From positions 1 to 51,428 of IMG/VR virus record IMGVR_UViG_3300012929_000023: a stretch of DNA of 51,428 nucleotides; one strand, 5' to 3'. Source of the stretch: a virus. Its lineage: Duplodnaviria; Caudoviricetes. Position numbers and translations under genes: made by a program. The notes below the pieces were generated by a model. That model saw only the letters and a list, made by a program, of their open reading frames with translations, was not told the origin of the DNA and searched no databases. This document shows, piece after piece, positions 45,501 to 51,428 of this stretch. Each line of letters starts with the position of its first letter. The first letter of the stretch is position 1.

Positions 45501-47847
45501 GACTAAGAATCCTACTACAGGGGAGATGGTTCCTCCGGAACTACATCTGCCTAAGAATCCCGGCGATGTCTTCGAACCGTTGAGCGTTGTTCCTAAAGGT
45601 AGATCTATTATTGACATGGGTGATGCGCTTAACAAGCGTTACCAGATTACTCGTCCTAATGGTACTGTTATCGATAGTTTCCAAGATGAAACCAAGAACG
45701 GTAGTCTCGCACGCCAGTATCAAGTCGGTTACACTCAAGAGCGTGACAGTCACGATCTCCAGAGTTTGAACGTCAAGGGTACTAAACACAATCCGATCTT
45801 TGTAGTAGAGCCTGCTAAGTTCGTAGATCCTATCACAACGATGAGCCGTGCTATAAATCGTATTGCGCAGAGCACGCTTATGGATGATTATAAGCTACTC
45901 ACCGTAGAGCTATTCCTTCGTGAAGCCGGTCCGTGGATGAAGATGGATGAGAGTCTCATCAGATCTGCTCCATTCCGCGCCTTCCACGAAGCTAACAATC
46001 CCGAGGCGTACAAGCCCGGTATGCCTGCTGGTCTTAAACGCCAGATCATGGCGAATAGGTTTAAAGCTCAGCAGTTCATCGGTATGCCTAGTCCATTCGA
46101 TACCTTTGCTCATGAGACAGCTGTCAGATTGGCTGGTTGGAGTTACGATACCTTCGGTCCTAAGGGACCCATCGTACCGCTGTGGATGCTTAATAACTTC
46201 ACTAATCCGGTATCCATTCTAAGAAGTTACGCCTACCAAGTAACAATGGGATTGTTCACGCCTACTACTATTCTTACACAAGCGCAAAGCTTCGCCACTA
46301 TTCTCGCGGTAGCTCCTAGGTCAGCTGGTGCTGGTACCGTGGCAAATCTTCTTTATAACTGGAGTCGTGGTGCTAGGAGTCCGGGGTACTTAGATCTATT
46401 AGATGACTGGGCTACTAAGCTAGTCATGCCCGGTATCGGCTCCCACAGATGGAAGCCCGGTGAGTGGAAAGAAGCTACGCTGGAATTAGAACGTCGTGGG
46501 TTCGCGGCTACGGGCGGCGGGGAGCATGCACCATTAGACGTTCAATTGAATAAGCGCTGGGTTGGAGGTGATCTCCACGCAGCGCTAGAGATGGGCACTG
46601 TCTTCTTCAAAGGCATATCCCACCAGATACGTCTAGGTGCTTGGTATACAGCGTGGAAGGAAGCTCGCGTAGCTAAACCTTACGGTGCATTCACCGAAGC
46701 TGAGACAGCGGCTATCCTCGATCGGGCAGACATGATGGACGGTAATATGTCCAGAGCTTCTGCTAGTATTATGCAGAGCGGAGTACTCAGTCTACAAGGC
46801 CAATTCTTGACTTATCAGCAACGTCTCGCTGAGCTGGTTTGGGGTAAACGTCTTGCTGACACAACCGGCGAGCGTGTTTTAGCTCGGCTTCGAATGCTTG
46901 GTATATACTGGGCAATAGGCGGTATCGGTGCTCTCGGTATAGCAGGTTTACCTATTAGCGATTACTTCCGCAAGGCTGCTATCGAACAAGGTTATGTTGT
47001 CGGGGATAACTACGCTACGACGTTATTGATGGAAGGGCCTACGTCTCTCGCTTTAGCTTGGGCTACAGGCGGTGGAGATGCTCAGAAGGGTAACTTCTAT
47101 AATCTAAATAACAAACTAGGTGCCAGTGGGTTGTCTCAATTGAAGGATATGTTTAAATCAGACACTCCTTGGTGGCAGTGGGTAGGTGGTGCCAGCACTT
47201 CTATTCTAGCTAACCAAATCAGAGACTTCTCAGGCTTCGTCCATGCTATGTCTTCAATGATGACTAACAAGCCTGAAGATGAACAGTTTCCCCCGACAGT
47301 CGAAGACGCTATCGATATCTTCAAAGAAATAGCTGTAGTTCGCCAGTCATGGAAAGCTATCGTCGCTGCTAATACTGGTAAGTGGTTGAGTAAGAACGAA
47401 GCCCATCAGGCTGACGTCTCTCGTTGGAATGCTGTCACTATGGCAGTTACTGGACTTAATCTACAAGAAGCTGATGACAACTATCTCATTGGTCAGATAT
47501 TAAAAGATCGTAAAGACCTTCAAGCTTACGCTCTGAGTAGGTCTATCGAGGAAGCTAACAGAGGCTTCGACGCCCAAGACAGTTCTCCTAAGACTAGCCA
47601 CGCCTTCTTCCAGAGAGCTTGGGCTTGGTTGAGGTTCAGCGGATATCCGGAAGACAAGTACGGTACGGCTGTGTCTCTATGGGCTAATGGTAATGAAACA
47701 CGTATTGACGATGCACGGTGGAGTCTGACTAAAGACGCACCAACGCAGACTTCGTATCTAGGAGGGTTACTTACCTTCAAGGGTACTGATCAAAAGAACA
47801 GAGATGCCTACGAAGCATTCAAGAAAATACAAGGTAAAAAAGAGTAA
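42505..47847 (+). CDS. large internal virion (ejection) protein, 1780 aa
   Basis: size, position and helical composition; no recognisable enzyme motif. Confidence 0.8.
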   Translation: MDPVEQVSIDTTQPEVNQVSANPNAVGDPAPSSDTAQKLASKTSFGLGDIVGKTPTELYQMYTQGQEQGIRQDAAAQLDRQASIGNVKAITDLANQKLGPLNLAEVQKLAQFPKTDPGSVVESAYAKQYMNRAYNAAFNIQDTWMDEAMEKMPDQVAKTKAIAEDKLTQREYAETVANRLADVKANQPFIEHLGGMVESMVPFYNPLKLQAAMEAVDGSLIGSILPGENLYQKTRALLRMPFPEFKDKFDAVVDQLKGTHLHLAQQFVEAVLGMSTSDRVINDVMPLVDTTVVAAPLIDSARLFNQMRTGFRQGVRGGRLPGPDAARTADTFGDAAEAAVQTVTPNLRADIDGVYRPTAQPFVRTGKDPISRATDSLPTGLKADKDVFSDDAVQTGSLSRELVTRIEAQFDNSATNIVDTIVNTAKVQRTGLQEATETQVRKVLEEVRNSNPTIRNMILDIGSPIPNPVSGENFVPVRLGNETGEQYSSEELARTAARVHGILEYDLKGKEGLRQYVPEAALQRPWETQSRLQEVRVENGEARIFTDGGVEVATTTRPALGHIPIEVKGTKVTFHPTIKSEDDLARATIEQQGLGFHLIVYKTLPENSTLAKDLLLNLDTARSMAGKSGFGDWLKTIPGVGYALGSDETLSVLERQARKTATFSLSNYHKMFQEEMRYINDVYRGVERVDQVTGIPYTKAEMYDKNSLQDRIPRRQVWKDFQRALEAGPHTPNPEIPGTKGYYYKTATEINHFWLSNFNRLPTFTELQGYLAWGRAYEMDRVLRANREATNKLRLAVEQHQFSVTDTNGVTTDSGFVEGTTRKELPGGRYPLLVVRPDGKLDLRLASNLGGSYKDLVEQVRSGRMAAIEVYNPERFPYAKMGLGRQLVRYVVAPKFEMKSLDYNDQVNRLSGGHFDYDFTHAVKQAKMVRTKAGGTVLDSYVGDTTVMLTSNPRAAEDFTRGLNQVMQLMVKKDIATAKALLKTIWPIEWKDWAVKFKETKNPTTGEMVPPELHLPKNPGDVFEPLSVVPKGRSIIDMGDALNKRYQITRPNGTVIDSFQDETKNGSLARQYQVGYTQERDSHDLQSLNVKGTKHNPIFVVEPAKFVDPITTMSRAINRIAQSTLMDDYKLLTVELFLREAGPWMKMDESLIRSAPFRAFHEANNPEAYKPGMPAGLKRQIMANRFKAQQFIGMPSPFDTFAHETAVRLAGWSYDTFGPKGPIVPLWMLNNFTNPVSILRSYAYQVTMGLFTPTTILTQAQSFATILAVAPRSAGAGTVANLLYNWSRGARSPGYLDLLDDWATKLVMPGIGSHRWKPGEWKEATLELERRGFAATGGGEHAPLDVQLNKRWVGGDLHAALEMGTVFFKGISHQIRLGAWYTAWKEARVAKPYGAFTEAETAAILDRADMMDGNMSRASASIMQSGVLSLQGQFLTYQQRLAELVWGKRLADTTGERVLARLRMLGIYWAIGGIGALGIAGLPISDYFRKAAIEQGYVVGDNYATTLLMEGPTSLALAWATGGGDAQKGNFYNLNNKLGASGLSQLKDMFKSDTPWWQWVGGASTSILANQIRDFSGFVHAMSSMMTNKPEDEQFPPTVEDAIDIFKEIAVVRQSWKAIVAANTGKWLSKNEAHQADVSRWNAVTMAVTGLNLQEADDNYLIGQILKDRKDLQAYALSRSIEEANRGFDAQDSSPKTSHAFFQRAWAWLRFSGYPEDKYGTAVSLWANGNETRIDDARWSLTKDAPTQTSYLGGLLTFKGTDQKNRDAYEAFKKIQGKKE

Positions 47848-50000
47848 TGGCTTTATTTAACCCACAAGTTCCTAGTACTCGTGATCCTATCTGGACTGAT
47901 GTAACGCGTCCTATATCTACTACTCCAGTAGATGTTAGTACAGCTACAGCATTGAAAGGAACTACAGATGCTTTCGGAGATCTAGTCTCAGGTATCGATA
48001 CAAGTATCAAGAAGGGTTTAGAGAATAATATCTTCAAGGATGTCGATAGTCAGCGTGAACAATATCAAGCAGCATTAGAGACTGTTAAGAACGCTCAGAG
48101 AGCGTCTACACCTACACAAGACCTAACCCAAGGACCTACTACACCTGATAACATTCCCGTTCCTTTGCAGAACGGAATGGACCAAGTTAAAGCTATCGGG
48201 CAAGCTGTACAGATTGGTGGAACGGGTAAGGTCAACGACACAGATTATACTTTTGAATTGCAGAAGATTGCTAAGAAGTACAGAGCACAATATCCCGGTT
48301 ACGTTTCTTATATCGATGATCAAGTATCTAAGGCTAGCGGTATCCCAGTAGCTAATGCCTATATCAAGAACCTTCTTGAAGATATCAACCGTAATTCTAC
48401 TGAAGGTAAGACTGAGTTAAACGCTACTAGAACTCAGCTTAGACAGATGAACATGGAAGGTGCGCCTCATGCTGCGGATATGTTAAATGCATTAGACGCA
48501 GGTAGAACTACAATTCCTGCTGTGAATCTTTGGATCGGAGAGCAAAATAAACTCAAGTATACTCTTAAGAATTACCAAGATCTCAGAGCAGCTCAGAAGG
48601 GACAGAGCGAGGATGCAGTAGACACAGGCAAAACTGAGCTATCCGATGTTACTGCTAAGCTTGTAAATAATAAAATCAATACGATGCTGGTTACAGCTGG
48701 AAGTGGAGAAGGTGGGGAACTTCCTCTGAAAGACTTTTTACAGAAGTACGCAGGTACTGGTAAGGTCTCTGATGAAGAGATGCTGGCTAAGGGGCAGGCT
48801 TTACAGGCATTACGTAATAACATTGCTACAGACGCCTTTACTTATGCTAACCAAGGCGGTGCTAACTCTGTCATTAATAAACAATTCAAGGGCGATGCTG
48901 AACTGGCTAAGAAGACTATCGAAGGTCAGATGTACTCTCTTGACATGGCAATTCACAGCATTGCAGAAGACAAGGATCTTAAGGCAGCGTTCAGTCATTT
49001 GAACTTCAATAAAGCTATTGCAGCAGATACAACTAATCTACTATACAATGCACCTGATCCAGTAGTACGTAACTACAACCGTTTCGTTGGTGCTCTTCAG
49101 CAAATCAGTCCAACAGATGCTAGCAAGTTCTTTAGCTTTGCAATCAGTCGTGATGTTCCTCAGAAAGAACGTGAATGGTTGAAGCTACAGAACTTAGACG
49201 TCATGACACAGACTGGCATCAGTACAGGTCGCGTAGCTAACGTTAAGCAGCAAGTTCAAGATGCTAAAGCACAAGGTGTTACTTCGCCTAAGTCTTATGG
49301 AGCTTTGCTAGCTCCGATAGATACACTGAACGATCCTAAGACTGATCCCAAGATCAAAGAGAATATCGCTAATGGTTTCTTCAGCGACGCTACTCATGGA
49401 TTGCTCCATGAATATAAACCATCTTCAGAAGACCCTAAAGGTGGCCAAGGCCATGTCTTCACCAAGTTGACGTCTCCAGAGACTACCCAGACTATGTGGG
49501 CTCTAGGCCAGAAGAAGCCTCAGTTGTGGCAGAACTATAGGACATTCGTTGAGCGTGAATTCGGTGAACAGCTCTTCAGTACTGAACTACACGACCTTAA
49601 TGTCTCCCCATTCGCTGGGTGGATCACCGAACAGTTCGGCGGTGGTAAGCAATACCACCTACACTTCGACGACAAGAATAATCGCTTTGAGCTGACAGAT
49701 CTTAAAGACCAGCCTATGACCAACCTCCAAGCGCTATACGTTCATGCGCCAGTGCAGGTAGTTAACCGAATTAACACCGGGCTGTACAGTCTATCCAATG
49801 TCTACAAGCAAGAAGGCCGTGGGGATGTCGGGTCATATCTGATGTCTACTATGCAACGCTATGGCTTCGATCCTAATGCTAAGGGTAACGAGAGTATGTC
49901 TGACATCGTTAAGATGTTCTGGAGTTCTATAAGCAACTCAGCTCCGCCTCCTAAGCCTAAGCCTACTGACTCTAAGGTCAAGCCTCCGGTATCTCAATAA
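47847..50000 (+). CDS. internal virion protein
   Basis: 717-aa helical protein with TAATG coupling. Confidence 0.75.
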   Translation: MALFNPQVPSTRDPIWTDVTRPISTTPVDVSTATALKGTTDAFGDLVSGIDTSIKKGLENNIFKDVDSQREQYQAALETVKNAQRASTPTQDLTQGPTTPDNIPVPLQNGMDQVKAIGQAVQIGGTGKVNDTDYTFELQKIAKKYRAQYPGYVSYIDDQVSKASGIPVANAYIKNLLEDINRNSTEGKTELNATRTQLRQMNMEGAPHAADMLNALDAGRTTIPAVNLWIGEQNKLKYTLKNYQDLRAAQKGQSEDAVDTGKTELSDVTAKLVNNKINTMLVTAGSGEGGELPLKDFLQKYAGTGKVSDEEMLAKGQALQALRNNIATDAFTYANQGGANSVINKQFKGDAELAKKTIEGQMYSLDMAIHSIAEDKDLKAAFSHLNFNKAIAADTTNLLYNAPDPVVRNYNRFVGALQQISPTDASKFFSFAISRDVPQKEREWLKLQNLDVMTQTGISTGRVANVKQQVQDAKAQGVTSPKSYGALLAPIDTLNDPKTDPKIKENIANGFFSDATHGLLHEYKPSSEDPKGGQGHVFTKLTSPETTQTMWALGQKKPQLWQNYRTFVEREFGEQLFSTELHDLNVSPFAGWITEQFGGGKQYHLHFDDKNNRFELTDLKDQPMTNLQALYVHAPVQVVNRINTGLYSLSNVYKQEGRGDVGSYLMSTMQRYGFDPNAKGNESMSDIVKMFWSSISNSAPPPKPKPTDSKVKPPVSQ

Positions 50001-50512
50001 TGGGTATCGGTAGTAGTTCAGGAGCATTTTACGAAGACGAACGGGATCGTATCTTAGGACGCGGTCTCGGTCAGGATGGTCTGCCTTTCGCACCTAAGGG
50101 TGACGAAGGTATGGTACAGCGTCCTCCGGGTACACAAGACAAGAACGAAGTCGGGCCTGACGAGCAGACTATGCCTCGTACAGATAAGATACTCCGTATC
50201 TCTGATCCTAGTACAAGGATTGACGAAGCCTTCAGGGCACTGCGTGGTGAACCTCCTCTTTTAGATAGTTATAAAGCAATACCTAATTCTATCGAAGATC
50301 TATTAGGACCACCGTCAAGGTACGAACGTTACCGAGAAGACGAACCCGGACCTGCTGAAGTTCTGCGTAGGAGTTCAAAAGAACCTTCTGAAGGAGACGA
50401 TGCTATGGCTAAGAATCCTAAGGATCTCTTAGGCATCGATCCTACTAACGATCATAGCATCTATCCTTACGACATCCTTTACAAGTCTCCTACTCTGCTG
50501 CAAAAGATTTAG
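50000..50512 (+). CDS. hypothetical protein (last gene of the structural arm)
   Basis: TAATG coupling; low-complexity acidic/Pro-rich sequence. Confidence 0.65.
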   Translation: MGIGSSSGAFYEDERDRILGRGLGQDGLPFAPKGDEGMVQRPPGTQDKNEVGPDEQTMPRTDKILRISDPSTRIDEAFRALRGEPPLLDSYKAIPNSIEDLLGPPSRYERYREDEPGPAEVLRRSSKEPSEGDDAMAKNPKDLLGIDPTNDHSIYPYDILYKSPTLLQKI

Positions 50513-50560
50513 ACCTGTCATAGCAGTCCGAATAAGACCTTAAATCTCAAATCGGCATAG

Positions 50561-50601
50561 AAAAACCCCGGCCCTCTCGCGAGGAACCGGGGTTTACTAT
50601 T
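50561..50601. terminator. bidirectional terminator between the converging arms
   Basis: aaaaaccccgg...ccggggttt with an inner cctc/gagg stem, A-tract before and T-rich tract after. Confidence 0.85.
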
Positions 50602-50683
50602 GTCTGGAAACGGTGGGACTCTTACCCACAACCTCCGCCGTTACAGGGCGGACTCATACACTTGAGCTACGAATCCAGATCAA

Positions 50684-51358
50684 TCAGTTGGCAAGGCCAG
50701 TCGGCAGCCAAGCAGCGAACGCCTCGACTGCAGCCAGTCCAGCATCAGCATCCTTGATGACGATGATGTCCTTCACCTTAGTCATGGCTTCCTTCAGGTC
50801 CTTACGAGCCTGATCGAAGCCCTTGCGATCAGGCTGCGGACCATCGAAGTCGATGCCCCAGAACGGACCGCTGTACTTGATTTCGTCGGCGTACTCAGGA
50901 TCGTCCAGCTTCGAAGCCAGCTTGAACTTGCCGCCAGTAATGGCAGCCACGAGGTCCTTGGCGTTCTTCGGCTCGTTGCAGACGTGCAGATGGAACTGCT
51001 CTTCCAGTTTGTAGTCGAGCTGACGGTAGGTCTGGGCCAACCTTTCGCCAAGATACTCACGCTGAATCTGCGTGTCCGGGCGGGCGCCAGTAACCGAAGC
51101 AGTAGCACAGTTGTCGGTATAGTTCTTCATGGGGGTTATCCCTTCTTCTTGATACCCGATGCCATATGGATTGCAGTTATACTTAATCATTGGGCTCGGG
51201 GCACACGGAGATGTGCAAACAATATTGCATGGGCCTTTGATATGAGCTGCGGCTAAAGCCTTCTTTGCTTTCATAAAGTCTTCCACTTTTAAGTCTTGTT
51301 TATACGATTTCTTGGGTGCTTCAAAGCCACAAGAGTTTACTAATCTACCAATATCCAT
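50684..51358 (-). CDS. hypothetical protein (possible internal or true start at ATG 51130)
   Basis: ggag RBS at 51358; second purine-rich RBS before 51130, where codon style becomes more GC-rich. Confidence 0.7.
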   Translation of the reverse strand: MDIGRLVNSCGFEAPKKSYKQDLKVEDFMKAKKALAAAHIKGPCNIVCTSPCAPSPMIKYNCNPYGIGYQEEGITPMKNYTDNCATASVTGARPDTQIQREYLGERLAQTYRQLDYKLEEQFHLHVCNEPKNAKDLVAAITGGKFKLASKLDDPEYADEIKYSGPFWGIDFDGPQPDRKGFDQARKDLKEAMTKVKDIIVIKDADAGLAAVEAFAAWLPTGLAN

Positions 51359-51368
51359 CTAAGTCTCC

Positions 51369-51410
51369 AAAAAAAGAGGAGGGACCGAGACACCGCTCAG
51401 TACCCTCCTT
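51369..51410 (-). terminator. intrinsic terminator
   Basis: minus strand aggagggtactgag-cggtgt-ctcggtccctcct followed by c and a 7-T run. Confidence 0.85.
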
Positions 51411-51428
51411 AGTTATCCGCCTGCTCCA

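Noticed and set aside
42505-47847. Virion RNA polymerase
   Set aside because: No single-subunit RNAP motifs or DxDGD motif seen; size and position fit an ejection protein.
1-51428. Stop-codon reassignment as an explanation for the ORF-free region
   Set aside because: TAA, TAG and TGA all end well-supported genes, and core genes are uninterrupted in the standard code.

Overview
The window looks like an essentially complete, circularly permuted genome (about 51.4 kb) of a lytic podovirus-type phage. I found no RNA polymerase, integrase or tRNA gene. It has two arms. The minus-strand early/replication arm runs from ~23250 down to 1 and continues at 51428-50684; it encodes a family A DNA polymerase, primase-helicase, SSB, UDG, a PD-(D/E)XK exonuclease, endonuclease VII, a NYN RNase and a HAD protein. 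The plus-strand virion/lysis arm (23510-50512) encodes terminase, portal, scaffold, capsid, tail spike, GH108 endolysin, tail tubular A/B and internal virion proteins. Overlapping divergent sigma70-type promoters at ~23.5 kb and a bidirectional terminator at ~50.57 kb separate the arms, an organisation reminiscent of Zobellviridae/SIO1-like phages. ANDN...AA ssrA-like tails, the NYN gene and PhaR-type boxes point to an alphaproteobacterial (probably rhizobial) host. The standout is a ~1.8-2 kb stretch (~3800-5750) with no credible protein gene that is filled with nested stems. Most of its G-U pairs work only on the plus strand, so it is a candidate very large structured antisense ncRNA. Other oddities are a 3-copy dyad DNA element, a pair of apparently inactivated GATase-II/GGCT enzymes, altered polymerase steric-gate residues, a domain inserted in both tail tubular proteins, and apparent CCWGG avoidance. 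All calls were made by eye; no searches were run.
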